Translations under genes and position numbers: made by a program
The notes under the pieces: model-generated
The model's database searches: none
The model's input: only the letters and a program-made list of their open reading frames with translations
What the model was told of the DNA's origin: nothing
From: Eledone cirrhosa
Lineage: Eukaryota
Length of the DNA: 64,000 bases
Reading direction: 5' to 3'
Assembly: GCA_964016885.1 (NCBI GenBank)
Contig: OZ024744.1
Location: forward strand, 29,450,001 to 29,514,000
Shown: one piece after another, positions 21,001 through 37,930 of the stretch
How the letters are laid out: every line of letters starts with the position of its first letter
Numbering within the stretch: the stretch's first letter is position 1

Positions 21001-24000
21001 CCACACTACACCACACCAAACTACACAACACTATACACCACTACACTACACCACACTATACCCCACTACTCTACACCACACTACACGACAGTACACCACA
21101 ATATACCACAGTACACCACTCTACAACACACTACACCACACGACACTACACCATACTACACCACTCTACACCACACTATACCACACTACACCAAACTGCA
21201 CCACACAACTCGACACTACACGACTACACCACCCTACACCACACTACACCACACTAAACCACACTACACCACACTAAAATACACAATACTACACCACACT
21301 TCACCACACTATAACACACTACACCACACTACACCACACTACACAACATTAAACCACACTATACCACACAACACCACTTTACACCACACTATACCACAAT
21401 ACGCCACAACACACTACACCACACTAGACCACACTAAACCACACTAAACCACACTACACCAAAGCACACCACACCACACCACACCACACTACACCACACT
21501 ATACCACACTACACCACACCACACTACACCACACTACACCACACTACTCCACAATACACCTCACTACACCACACTATACAACACTACACTACACCACACC
21601 ACACTACATCACTCTACACCACAACACACTACACTACACCAGACTACACAACACTACACCGCAGTACACCACACTACACGAAATTATACCACACTACACG
21701 ACACTATACCACACTACACCACACCACACCAGACCTACATCACACTACACAACACTATACCACACTACACCACGCTACATTACACCACACTATACCACAC
21801 TACACCACATCCACTACACCACACTACAACACACTACACCACACTATATCACACTACACCACACTATACCAGACTACACCACAATACAACACACTACACC
21901 CCTCTACGCCAGAGTACACCACACTCCACTACACCACACTACACCACACAACACGACACCACACCACAGCACACTATACCACACTACACCACCCTAAAGT
22001 ACACAACACTACACCACACTACACGACACTACACCACTCTACACAACACTACACCAAACTATACTACCCCACACGCCACTACACCAAAATATACCACACA
22101 GCAACACTCTATACCAAACTACACCACACTACACCACACTACACCACATTACACCACACTACACCACACTACACCACACTACACTAGACTACATGACACT
22201 ACACCAGACTACACGACACTACACCAAAATGCACCACAGGACACCAAACAACACTATACCCACTACACAACACTATACCACACTACACCACAACACACTA
22301 CACCACACTACACCAGATTACACCACACTACACCCAACTACACCACACTAGAGCACACTACATCACCCTATACCACACTACACCAAACTACACCACACTA
22401 CACTAGACTATACCACAATACAACACACGAAACTTCTCCACACTACACAGCACTATACCACAGTACATCACACCCCACTACACCACACTACACCACACTA
22501 CACCACACTACACTATACCACACCACACTACACCACACTATACCACACTACGCCACACTACACCACACTATACCTCACAACACCACAATATACCACACTA
22601 CACTGCACTATAACGCAGTACACACCCCTTACTACACCATACTACACCACACTACACCAAACTACACCACACAACACAACACCACACCACACTACGCCAC
22701 ACTACACCACACTATACCACACTACACCAAATAATACCACACTACACCACACCACATTACACCACACTACTCCACTCTACACTACAGTACACTACACCAC
22801 ACTACTTAACACTACACTACTCAACACGACACCAAACTACAGCACACTACATTACTACACACTACACGACACCACACTACCCAAAACTACACCACATTAC
22901 ACCTCACTATACCACACTACACTACACCACACTACACCTCACTATACCACACTACACCACACTGCACCAAACTACACCACACTACGCAACACTATACCAC
23001 ACTACACCACACTGCACCAAACTACACCACACTACGCAACACTATACCACACTATACCTCACTGCACCACTACACCACGCTACACCAAACTAAACCAAAC
23101 TACCCTACACTACACCACACTACAACACACTACACCACCCTACAGCACACTACAGTACACTACACTACACCACACTACATCTACACTACACTACACTACA
23201 CCTCACTACAACACACCACACTACACCACATCACCCCACACACACCACACTACACCACACTATAACACATCACACCACACTACACCACACTACACAACAC
23301 TACACCAAACTATACTACACTACACCACACTACACCACAGTACACCACTCCACACCACGCCACACCACACCACACTTTACCACACTACAAAACACTACAC
23401 CAAAATACACTACACCACACCAGAGCACATTACACCACACTATACAACAATACACCACAGTATACCACACTGCACTATACCACACAAATCCACACTACAC
23501 GACTACACCACACTACACCACACTACACTACACCACACTACGCTACACCACACTATACGACACCACACTACACAACACTACACCACACTACACCACACTA
23601 TACCACACTACACTACACTAAACCACACTACAAAACAATATACCACACTATACCACACTACACCACACTGCACCAGACTACACCACACTAGACCACACCA
23701 GACCACACTACACTACACCATACTACACGACAGTAGACCACAATATACCACACTACACCGCACTACAACACACTATACCACACTACACCACACCATACTA
23801 CACCACACTACACCACACCACACTACACCACACTACACCACACTACACCACACTACACTACACCACACAGCTCTACACGACACTACACCACAATACACTA
23901 CACCACACTACGCTACACCACACTATACCACACCACACTACACCAAACTACACCACACTACACCACCCTATACCACACTATACCACACTACACCACACCA

Positions 24001-27000
24001 CACTACACCACACTACACCACACTATACCACACAACACCGCACTACACCACACTATACCAAAATACACCACAACACACCACACTAGACCACAATACAACA
24101 CACCACACTATACCACGCTACACCACACCACAGTACACCACACTTCACCACAATACACCAAACCACACCACACTACACCACACTAAACCACACTATGCCA
24201 CATTACACCACACCACACTACACCAAACTACACCACACTATACCACTCAACACCTCACCACACCACACTACACCAAACTACACCACACTATACCACTCAA
24301 CACCTCACTACACCACACTATACCACACTACACCACATTATACCACACTAAACCACACCACACCACACCACACCACACCACACTACACCACACTACACCA
24401 CACCACACTACACCACAGTACACTACACCACACTACACCACACTACACCATACTACACACATTATACCACATTACACCACCCTACACCACACCACACTAC
24501 ACCACAGAATACTACACCAAAACTACACCACACCACACTATACTACACTACACGACATTACACCACACCACACCTCAGTACACCACACTACACAACACTA
24601 CACAACACTACACCACACCACACTACACCACACTACAACACATCACACTACACCACACTACACCACACTACACCATACTATACCACACTACACCACACTA
24701 CACCACACTACACCATACTATACCACACTACACCACAATACACCACACTACACCACACCATACTACACCAAATTGCACCAGACCACACTGCACTACACCA
24801 CACTACACAACACTACACCACACTACACCATACTATACCACACTATACTACACCAAACTACACCACACCACACTACACCACACCACACTACACTAGAATA
24901 CACCACAGCACACCACAGCACAACAAACTACACCACACTACACCACAATACACCACACTACACCACACCACACCAGACTACAGCACACTATACCACACTA
25001 CACCACACTACACCACACTATACCACACAACACCGCACTATACCAAAGTACACCACGCTAGAACGCACTACACTACACCACGCTACACCACACTACACCA
25101 CACAAGACCACACCACACTACACCACACTACACCACACTACATCTCTACTATACCACACTACACCACACTACACCACAGTACACCACACTACACCACAGT
25201 ACACGACCACCCACTACAGCACACTACACCACACTACACCCCACTACACCGCACAACACCACATCACAGCACACTATACCACACTATACCACACTACACA
25301 ACACTACAGCCAAATACACAAGACTACACCACACTACAGCACATCACACCACACTATACAACCCTACACCACACTACACTACACTGCACGACACTATACC
25401 ACACTACACCACACTACACCATAATATACCACACTACACCACACTACACTACACTGAACCACACTAGAGCATACTCCACCACACTATACCACACTACACC
25501 ACACCATGCCAAACTACAACACACTACACCACACTATAACAACTACCCCACACTACACCACACCATACCACAATACACCACACTACACCACACTACTCTA
25601 CACTACACCACATTATACCACACAACACCACACCACACTACACTACACTACAACACACTACACAACACTACAGAACACTAAACCACACTATACCACATTA
25701 CACTACACCACACTACACAACACTAAACCACACTACAGCACACTACACCACACTACACAAAACTACACCACACTATACCACCCAACACCACACTATACCA
25801 TAGTACACCACACTATACCACACAAAACCACTCTATAGTACACTATACCACACCAAACTACACCACACTACACCACACTATTCCACACTACACCACACCA
25901 CACGACACGACAGTACGCCACACTACACCACAATACACCACACAAAACCACACTACACCACACTAAACCACACTATGCCACATTACACCACACGACACTA
26001 CACCGTACTATACCACACTACACTATACCGCACCACACATCACCACACTACACCACACTACACCAAACTACACCACACTATACCAGTCAACACCACACTA
26101 CACCACACTATACCACACTACACCACATTATACCACACTAAACTACACTACACCACACTACACCACACTACACCACACCACACTAAACCACAGTACACTA
26201 CACAGCACTACACCACACTACACCACACTACACCACACTACACCATACTACACCACACTATAAAACACTATACCACACTATACCAAACTACAACACACTA
26301 CACCACACTGCACTCTACACCACACTACACCAAACTACACTACACTACACTACACTACACTACACTACACCACACAACACTACACCACACTACAACACAC
26401 TACACCACCCTACACCACACTACAGCACACTACACCAAACTACATTACATAAAACCTCACCAAACGACACCACACTACATCACACTAGGACTCACTTCAC
26501 CAGACTACACCACACTACACCACACAAAAGATACTATACTACACTATATCACACTACACTACACCACACTACACTACACCACACTACACCACACCACACT
26601 ACACCACACTATACTATATCACACTACACTACACTACATCTACACTACACTACACTATACCACACTACAACACACTATACCACCACACTACACTAAACTA
26701 CACCACACCACACCACACTACACCACACAACACTACACCAAACCACACCACACTACACCACACTACACCACACTACACCGTACTGTACCACAGTACATCA
26801 CACAACACAACACCACACTACACCACACTACACCACACTACACCACACTACACCACCCTATACCACACTACACCACACTACACCACACTATACCACACCA
26901 CAGCACACTACACCACACTACACAACACTACACCACACTTTACCACACTACACCACACTACACCAAAATACACTACAACACACTATGCCACCACACTACA

Positions 27001-29845
27001 CTACACTACACTACACTACACTACACTACACTACACTACACTACACTACACTACACTACACTACACTACACTACACTACACCACACTACACCACACTACA
27101 ACACACTACACATCACTATACCACAGTACATCACACCCACTACACCACACTAGACCACACTATTCCACACTACACCACACTACACCACACTACACAAAAC
27201 TACACCAAACTATACTACACTACACCACACTACACCGCACCTCACCACACTTTACCACACTACACCACACTACACCAAAATACAGCACACCACACCACCC
27301 CACATTACACCATACTACACCACACTACACCAAACTATACCACACTACACTACACCACACAACTCCACACTACACGACTACACCAGACTACACCAGACTA
27401 CACCACACTACACTACACCACACAACTCCACACTACACGAATACACCACACTACACCACACTACACTACACCACACTACACTACACCACACTATACCACA
27501 CCACACTACACCACACTACACCACACTACACCACACTATACCACACTACACCACACTACACCACACTACACCACACTACAACACACTATACCCCACAACA
27601 CCACACTACATCACACTATACCACAATACACCACAACACACTACACCACACTACACTACACCACACTACACTACACCACACTACACCACACTACACCACA
27701 CTACACCATACTATACCACACTACACTACACCACACAATACTACTCCAAACTACATCACACCACACTACACCACACCACACTATACTACACTACACGACA
27801 CTACACCACACCACACCTCACTACACCACACTACAACACACTACACAACACTACACCACACCACACTACACCACGCTACACGTCACACTACACCCCACTA
27901 CACCACACTACACCATACTATACCACACTACACCACACTACACAACACCATACTACACCACTCTACACCACAACACACTACACTACACCACACTACACTA
28001 GAATACACTACAGCAGACTACACCACACCAGACTACACCACACCACACTACACCACAATACACCACACTACACCACACCAGACTACAGCACATGATACCA
28101 CACTAGACCACACTACACCACACTACACCACACTATACCACACTACACCACACTACACCACACTACATCTGACTATACCACACTACACCTCACTACACCA
28201 GAGTACACCACACTACACCACAGTACACCCCCCACTACAGCACAGTACACCACACGACACCACACCACACTACACCACACAACACCACACTACACCACAT
28301 TACACCATACTACACCACATTATACAACACTACACCACACGACTCCACACGACACTACACCATACCACACCATACCACACTACACCACACTAAACCAAAC
28401 TACACCACACCACACTACACCACACAACACCACACTACACCACATTACACCATATTACACCACATTATACAACACCACTCCACACGACTCCACACGACAC
28501 TACACCATACCACACCATACCACACTACACCACACTACACCACACCACACTACACCACACTACACCACAAAACCCCACACTACACCATACTACACCACAT
28601 TATACAACGCTACACCACACTAGATCGCACTAGACCACATTATCCCAAACTACACTATACCACACCACATTACACCACACTACACCACACTACACCACAC
28701 TATACCACACTACACCACACTACACCACACATCACCAGACTACACCACACTACAGCACATCACACCACACTATACAAACCTACACCACACTACACTGCAC
28801 CACACTATACCACACTACACCACACTACACCACACTAGAGCATGCTACACCACACTATACCACACTACATCACACCATCCCAAACTACAACACATTACAC
28901 CACACTATACCGACAACCCCACACTGCACCAATCCATACCACAATACACCACACTACACCACACTACTCTACACTACTCCACATTATACCACACAACACC
29001 ACATTATACCATACAACATCACACCACACTACACCACAATACACTACACTACACCACACTACACAACACTACACAGCACTATACCACACTATACCACATT
29101 ATACCATACTACAGCACACTACACCACACTACACCACACTACACCAAACTATACCACGATACACCACAACACACTACATCACACTACACCACACTACATC
29201 ACACCATGCTGCACCACACTATACCACACTACACCACACCACATTACACCACACTACGCCACACTACACCACACTACACCACACTATACCACAATACATC
29301 ACACCACACTACAACACACTACACCACACTACAACACACTATACCACACTACACCACACTACACCACACCACGCTACACCACACTGTACCACACTACACC
29401 ACACTACACCACACTACACCACACCACGCTACACCACACTATACAACACTACACCACACTACACTACACCACACTACACCACAATACACCACACTACACA
29501 ACACTACACCATACTATACCACACTACACCACACCATACTACACCATACTACACCACACCACACTACACCACACCACACTACACCACACCACACTATACT
29601 ACACTAAACCACACCACACCTCACTACACCTCACTACACCACACTACACAACACTCCAACACACTATACCATACTACACCACACTACACCACACCACACT
29701 ACACTACACCACACCACACTACACTACATTACACCACAGCATACCACACCACACCACACCAAACTACACCACACCACACCACACCACACTACACCACAGT
29801 ACACCACACTACAAAACACTACACTACAATATACCACACTACACC
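1..29845. repeat. Degenerate pentanucleotide satellite (CACCA/CACTA)n, at least 29.8 kb, open at the left edge
   Basis: Continuous 5-bp periodicity (CACCA, CACTA and single-base variants such as CCAGA) with very little G on the + strand; explains all HTTPH/YTTLH ORFs. Confidence 0.98.
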
Positions 29846-30495
29846 CACCACTATCACCACAACCAACACCTCCACCACGCCACCAACTCGTCACCATCAT
29901 CACCTTCTTCATCACCATCATCATCACTATCACCACCATCACCACCTCCACCACCACCATCAACCTCACCACCATCATCACTATCACCACCAGCACCAGC
30001 ATCTTTATGATCATCACCACCACCACCATCATCATCACCATCCTCACCACCATCATCACTATCACCACCACCACCATCATCATCGCCACCATCATTAACA
30101 CCACCATCATCACCATCATCACTATCAACACCACAACCACCACCACCACCACCACCACCACCATCATCATCACCACCATCATCACTAACACCACCACCAC
30201 CACCATCTTTATCATCACCACCACCACCACCATCATCATCACCATCATCACAACCATCATTGCTATCACCACCACCACCAATCATCATCAACACCGTCAT
30301 CAACACCACCATCATCACCATCATCACTATCGACACCACAACCACCACCACCATCATCACTATCACCACCACCACCATCATAATCACCATCATCATCACC
30401 TTCAGCATTACTACCATCATCACTGTCAACACCATCAGCACCACCACCACCAACAACAACAAAATCATCCTCAACACCACCATCACCACCACCAG
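29846..30495. repeat. Degenerate (CAC/CAT)n trinucleotide tract
   Basis: Periodicity switches from 5 to 3 (caccatcatcaccaccatc...); gives poly-His/Thr/Ile ORF artefacts. Confidence 0.95.
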
Positions 30496-32193
30496 CATAG
30501 ATATACCTTGTCACATAGATATATCCTGTCATAGATATATCCTGCCACATAGATATATCATGTCATAGATATAATCCTGTCATATATATATCCTGTCACA
30601 GAGATATACATTGTCACATAGATATTTCCTTTCAGAGATATATACTGTCATAGATATATCCTGTCATAGATATATCCTGTCACATATATATACCCTGTAA
30701 AAGATATATCCTGTCATAGATATATCTTGTCACAGATATATCCTGTCATAGATATATCCTGTCATAGATAAATTCTGTCACATAGATATATCCTGTCATA
30801 GATATATCCTCTCATAGATATATCCTGTCATAGATATATCTTGTCATAGTTATATCCTGTCGAAAATATATCCTGTCATAGATACATTCCGTCACATAGA
30901 CATATCCTGTCATATAGATATATCCTGTCATAGATATATCCTGTCACATAGATATACATTGTCACATAGATATATCCTATCACATAGACATATCCTGTCA
31001 TAGATATATCCTGTCATAGATATATACTGTGATAGATATATCCTTTCATAGATATATCTTGTCATAGATATATCCTGTCATAGATATATCCTGTCATAGA
31101 TATAACATGTCATAGATGTATCCTGTCACATAGATATACCCTGTCATAGATATATCCTGTCATAGATATATCCGGTCATAGATATATCCTGTCACATAGA
31201 TATATCCTGTCATAGATATATCCTGTCATATATATATCATGTCACATTGATATATCCTCTCATAGATATATCCTGTCATAGATATACCCTGTCACAGATA
31301 TATGCTCTCATAGATATACCTTGTCACATAGATATATCCTGTCATAGATATATACTGTCATATATGTATCCAATCATAGATATATCCTGTCATATAGATA
31401 TATCCTGTCATAGATATATCATGTCTCAAAATATATACTGTCATACATATATCCTGTCATAGATATATACTGTCATATATATATCCTGTCATAGATATAC
31501 CCTGACATAGATATATCCTGTCATAGATATATCCTGTCATAGATATATCCTGTGACATAGATATACCCTCTCATAGATATACACTGTTATAGATATATCC
31601 CTTCTCAGATATATCCTGTCATAGGTATATCCTGTCATATAGATATATCCTGTCATAGATATATCCTGTCATAGATACATCCTGTCAGATAGACATAGCC
31701 TGTCATATAGATATATCCTGTCATAGATATATCCTGTCACATAGATATACATTGTCAGATAGATATATCCTGTCACATATGTATCCTGGAATAGATATAT
31801 GATGTCATAGATATATACTGTCATAGATATATCCTTTCATAGATATATCTTGTCATAGATATATCCTGTCATAGATATATCCTGTCATATATATATCATG
31901 TCATAGATGTATCCTGTCACATAGATATACCCTGTCATAGATATATCATGTCATAGATATATCCTGTGACATAGATATAACCTCTCATAGATATACACTT
32001 TCAGAGATATATACTTTCACAGATATATCCTATCATAGATATATACTGTCATAGGTATATCCTGTCATAGATATATCCTGTCATAGATATATCCTGTCCC
32101 ATACATAAATCCTATCATAGATATACACTGTCATATAAATATCCTGTCATAGATATATCGTATCATAGATATATCCTGTCATAGATATATCCT

Positions 32194-32274
<81 letters not shown>

Positions 32275-35200
32275 TGTCATAGATATATCCTGTCACATAG
32301 ACATATCCTGTCATATAGATATATCCTGTTATACATATACCGTGTCACAGATATATACTCTCATAAATATATACTGTCATAGATATAGCCTGGCACAGAA
32401 TATATCCTGTCATACATATATCATGTCATAGATATATCCTGTCACATAGATATATCCTGTCATAGATATATCCTGTCATAGATATACCTTTTCATAGATA
32501 TATCCTGTCATAGATATATCCTGTCTTGGATATATCCTGTGACATAGATATACCCTCTCATAGATATATCCTGACATAGATATATATATATATATCCTGT
32601 CATAGATATATCGTATCATAGATATATCCTGTCATAGATATATCCTGTCACATAGATATATCCGGTCATAGATATATCCTGTCATATATATATCATGTCA
32701 CATAGATATATGCTGTCATAGATATATCCTGTTACATAGATATATCCTGTCATAGATATAAGCTCTCATATATATATATACTGTCATAGATATATCCTAT
32801 CATATATGTATCCTGTCACCCAGATATATCCTGTCATAGATATATCCTGTAATAGATATATCCTGTCATAGATATATTCTGTCATAGATATATACTGACA
32901 CACAGATATCCCCTGTCACTTAGAGATATACTGTCATAGATATATACTGTCATAGTTATATCCTGTCATAGATATAACCTGTCATATAGATATATCCCGT
33001 CATAGATATATCTTGTCACATAGATATACCCTGTCATAGATATATCCTGTCATCGATATATCCTGTGTCATATATATAACCTGTCATCGATATATCCTGT
33101 CACATAGATATATCCTGTCATAATTATATCTTGTCATAGATATATACTGCCATAGAAATATTCTGTCACATAGATATATCCTGTTATAGATATATCCTGT
33201 CACATAGATATATCCTGTCACATATATATATCCTGTCATACAGATATATCCTGTCACATAGAAATATTCTGTCACATAGATATATCCTGTTATAGATATA
33301 TCCTGTCACATAGATATATCCTGTAACATAGATATATCCTGTCACATAGATATATCCTGTCATAGATATATCCTGACATAGATATATCCTGTCTCATAGA
33401 TACAACCTGTCGCTTATATATATACCTGTCATAGATATAACCAGTCATAGATATATCCTGTCATAGATACATCCTGTCATAGATATATCCTGTCACATAG
33501 ATATATCCTGTCATATAGATATATCTTGTCATAGATATATCCTGTCAGATAGATATATCCTGTCACATAGATATATCCTGTCATAGATATATCCTGTCAC
33601 ATAGATATACCGTGTCCCATAGATATATCCTGTCATAGATATATACTGTCATATATATTTCCTGTCATAGATAAATCCTGTCATATAGATATATCCTGTC
33701 ATAGATATATACTTTCATAGATATATCCTGTCATAAATGTATCCTGTCACAAAATATATCCTGTCATACTTATATCCGGTCTTAGATATATCCTGTCATA
33801 TATATATATCCTGTCATAGATATACCCTGATATAGATATATCCTGTCATAGATATATCATGTCATAGATATATCCTGTGACATAGATATACCCTCTCATA
33901 GATATACACTTTCAGAGATATATCCTTTCTCAGATATATCCTGACATAGGTATATCCTGTCATATAGATATATCCTGTCATAGATATACCCTCTCAGATA
34001 GATATATCCTATCATAGATATATACTGTCATAGATATATCCTGTCATATATATATCCTGTCCCATACATAAATCCTATCATAGATATATCCTGTCATATA
34101 TATATCCTATCGTAGATATATCCTGTCCCATAGATATATCCTGTCATAGATATATACTGTCACAGATATATCCAGACATATATATATATATATATATCCT
34201 GTCATAGATATATCCTGTCACATAGATATATCTTGTCATAGATATACCCTGTCATAGATATATCCTGTCACATAGATATATCATGTCATAGATATATCCG
34301 GCCACATAGATATATCCTCTCATAGATATATCATGTCACATAGATATATCCTGCCATAGATACATCCTTTTAGATAGATATATCCTGTCATAGATATAAC
34401 CTCTCATATATATATATACTGTCATATATATATCCTATCATATATATATCCTGTCACATAGATATATCCTGTCATAGATATATCCTGTTATAGATATATC
34501 CTGTCATATATATAGCCTGTCATATATATATATCCTGTCATAGATATACCTTGTCATAGAATATATCCTGTCATAGATATATCCTGTCTTGGATATATCC
34601 TGTGACAGATATACCCTCTCATAGATATACACTGTTATAGATATATCCTGTCATAGGTAGATCCTGTCTTGGATATATCCTGTGACATAGATATACCCTC
34701 TCATAGATATATACTTCCACAGATATATCCTGTCATAGATATATCCTGTCACATAGATATATCCTGTCATAGATATACCCTGTCACATAGATATATCCTA
34801 TCATAGATATATACTGTCATAGATATATCCTCTCATATATATATCCTGTCACATAGATATATCCTGTCTCTTATATATATCCTGTCATAGATATATCCTT
34901 TCATAGATATATCCTGTCATACATATATCCTGTCATAGATATATCCTGTCACATAGATATATCATGTCATTTAGATATATCCTCTCATAGATATATCCTG
35001 TCACGTAGATATATCCTTTCATAATTATATCCTGTTACATAGATATGTCCTGTCATAGATATATCCAGTCATATAGATATCCTGTCATAGACATATCCAG
35101 TCATATAGATATATTCTGTCACATAGATATACCGTGTCACATATATAAATCGTGTCATAGATATATACTGTCATATATGTATCCAGTCATAGATATATCC

Positions 35201-36366
35201 TGTCATATAGATATATCCTGTCATAGATATATCATGTCATCGATATATCCTGTGTCATAGATATATTCTGTCATAGATATATCCTGTCACATAGATATAC
35301 CCTGACATAGATATATCATGTAATAGATATATGCTGTCATAGATATATCCTGTGACATAGATTTACTCTCTCATAGATATACACTGTTATAGATATATCC
35401 TTTCCCAGATATATCCTGTCATAGGTATATCCTGTCATATAGATATATCCTGTCATAGATATATCCTGTCATAGATACATCCTGTCACATAGACATATCC
35501 TGTCATATAGATATATCCTGTCATAGATATATCCTGTCACATATATATACATTGTCACATAGATATATCCTGTCACATAGACATATCCTGTCATAGATAT
35601 ATGATGTCATAGATATATACTGTCATAGATATATCCTTTCATAGATATATCTTGTCATAGATATATACTGTCATAGATATATCCTTTCATAGATATATCT
35701 TGTCATAGATATATACTGTCATAGATATATCCTTTCATAGATATATCTTGTCATAGATATATACTGTCATAGATATATCCTTTCATAGATATATCTTGTC
35801 ATAGATATATCCTGTCATAGATATATCCTGTCATAGATGTATCCTGTCACATAGATATACCCTGTCATAAATATATCTTGTCATAGATATATCCTGTCAT
35901 AGATATATCCTGTCACATAGATATATCCGGTCATAGATATATCCTGTCATAGATATATCCTATCATAGATATATTCGGTCATAGATATCTCCTGTCATCT
36001 TGGTTTAACCCTCCATAGATATATCCCGACATAGATATATCTTGTCATAGATATATCATGTCGTAGATATATCCTGTCATAGATATATCTTGTCATAGAT
36101 ATATCCTGTCATAGATATATCCTGTCATAGAAATATCCTGTCAGATATATATATATATCCTGTCACATAGATATATCCTGTCAGAGATATATCCTGTCAC
36201 ACAGATGTATCCTGTCACATAGAAATATCCTGTTACATAGATATATCCTGTCACAGATATATTCTGTCATAGATATATCCTGTCATACATATATCATGTC
36301 ATAGATATATCCTGTCATATATATATCCTGTTATAAATATATCCTGTCATAGATATATCTTGTCAT
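30496..36366. repeat. 16-bp minisatellite (CATAGATATATCCTGT)n with 18-bp +CA/+TA variants, block 1
   Basis: Hundreds of tandem units; internal (TA)n expansion at ~32197-32272. Confidence 0.97.
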
Positions 36367-36379
36367 ACACATATATATA

Positions 36380-36671
36380 TACTAACTCAGACGATATACA
36401 AATTAGGCTGCTCAGCCGTTAATATGCATAAGCAAAGTATATATTTTCAAACGTTCCATCGATTGACACGAAGGTATACGGTGCTGATGACAGCTAATAT
36501 GCTAGAAACTAGTTCATCGTTCTTTTGTCAGTGTTGAATAAAAGGACAACCAGGGATGATAAATACTGTACGGCTGAATTCGGGCTGCTTGTTTACAAAC
36601 AAACCGAAGATTATAATAAATGTTCGGTAGACACATACGTCCATATATATATGTGTGCATGTATGTATATA
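36380..36671 (+). mobile_element. Hammerhead-containing interspersed repeat (PLE pLTR-like, family A), copy 1, 3'-truncated
   Basis: Diverged direct repeat of 37497-37790; contains CTGATGA...GAAAC hammerhead core. Confidence 0.7.
36478..36520 (+). ncRNA. Minimal type I hammerhead ribozyme motif (family A)
   Basis: ACGGTG (stem I) - CTGATGA - cAGCtaatatGCTa (weak stem II) - GAAAC-TA-GTT (palindromic AACTAGTT stem III, GUU triplet) - CATCGT (stem I'). Confidence 0.75.
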
Positions 36672-37486
36672 CATATATCCTGTCATTCATATATCTTGTC
36701 ACATAGATATATCCTGTCCTATATATATCCTGTCATAGATATATCCTGTCATATAGATATATCCTGTGATAGATATATCCTGTCACAGATAAATTCAGTC
36801 ATAGATATATCCTATCATAGATATCCCCTGTCCTATAGATATATCCCGTCATAGATATATCCTGTCACATAGATAAATCCTGTCATAGATATATCCTGTC
36901 ATATATATAGCCTGTCACATAGATATATCCTCACATATATATAACCTGTCATAGATATCCCCTGTCACATAGATATATACTGTCATAGATATATCCTGTC
37001 ATAGATATAGCCTGTCATAGATATATCCTGTCATAGATATATCCTGTCACATAGATATATCCTGTCACATAGATATATCATGTCATAGATATATCCTGTC
37101 ATAGATATATCCTGTCTAGATATATCCTGTCACATAGATATATCCTGTCTTAGATATAGCCCGTCATAGATATATCCTTTCATAGATATATCCTGTCATA
37201 GATATATCTTGTCACAGATATATCCTGTCATAGATATATCCTGTCATAGAAACATTCTGTCACATAGATATATCCTGTCACATAGATATATCCTGTCATA
37301 GATATATCCTGTCACATTGAAATATTTCTGTCACATAGAAATATCCTGTCACATAGATATATCCTGTCATAGATATATCCTGTCATAGATATATCCTGCC
37401 ATACATATATCATGTCATAGATATATCCTGTCATATATATATCCTGTCATAGATATATCCTGTCATAGATATATCTTGTCATAGAT
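36672..37486. repeat. 16-bp minisatellite, block 2
   Basis: Same unit as block 1, lying between two copies of the hammerhead-bearing repeat. Confidence 0.95.
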
Positions 37487-37496
37487 ATATATATAT

Positions 37497-37884
37497 GCTA
37501 ACTCACTCGATATGCAAATTAGGCTGCTCAGCCATTAATATGCACAAGGAAAGTATATATTTTCAAACGTTCAATCGATTGACAGGAAGGTATACGGTGC
37601 TGATGACAACTAATAAGCTAGAAACTAGTTCATTGTTCCTTTGTCAGTGTTGAACAAAAGGGCAACGATGGTTGCCGAACACTACGTCTGAATTTGGGCT
37701 GTTTGTCTACAAACAAACCGAAGATTATAATAAATGTTCTGTAAACCCATACGTCCATATATATATGTGTACATGTATGTATACACATACTACTGTACGT
37801 CTGTATACATATTTGTACGTACGTATACATACTGATATTTAATTATCAGCCGTACTAAGAGTGAGAAATGAAATTTCATTTTTT

Positions 37885-37888
<4 letters not shown>
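37497..37888 (+). mobile_element. Family A pLTR-like repeat, copy 2 (longer 3' end)
   Basis: Direct repeat of 36380-36671; its 3' part recurs in reverse orientation at ~60515-60770 and ~63930-64000; ends in (TA)n. Confidence 0.7.
37594..37636 (+). ncRNA. Minimal type I hammerhead motif (family A, copy 2; stem II degraded)
   Basis: ACGGTG-CTGATGA-caactaataagcta-GAAACTAGTT-CATTGT. Confidence 0.65.

Positions 37889-37929
<41 letters not shown>

Positions 37930-37930
<1 letters not shown>

Noticed and set aside
1-29845. Canonical telomere
   Set aside because: No (TTAGGG)n/(CCCTAA)n array, and the repeat is too degenerate for a telomerase product.
1512-30098. Long His/Thr/Pro/Tyr-rich ORFs (up to 1398 aa) as metal-binding or structural proteins
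   Set aside because: They overlap in several frames, mostly follow from a stop-poor pentamer, have no signal peptide or unique domain, and frame-shifting indels occur freely.
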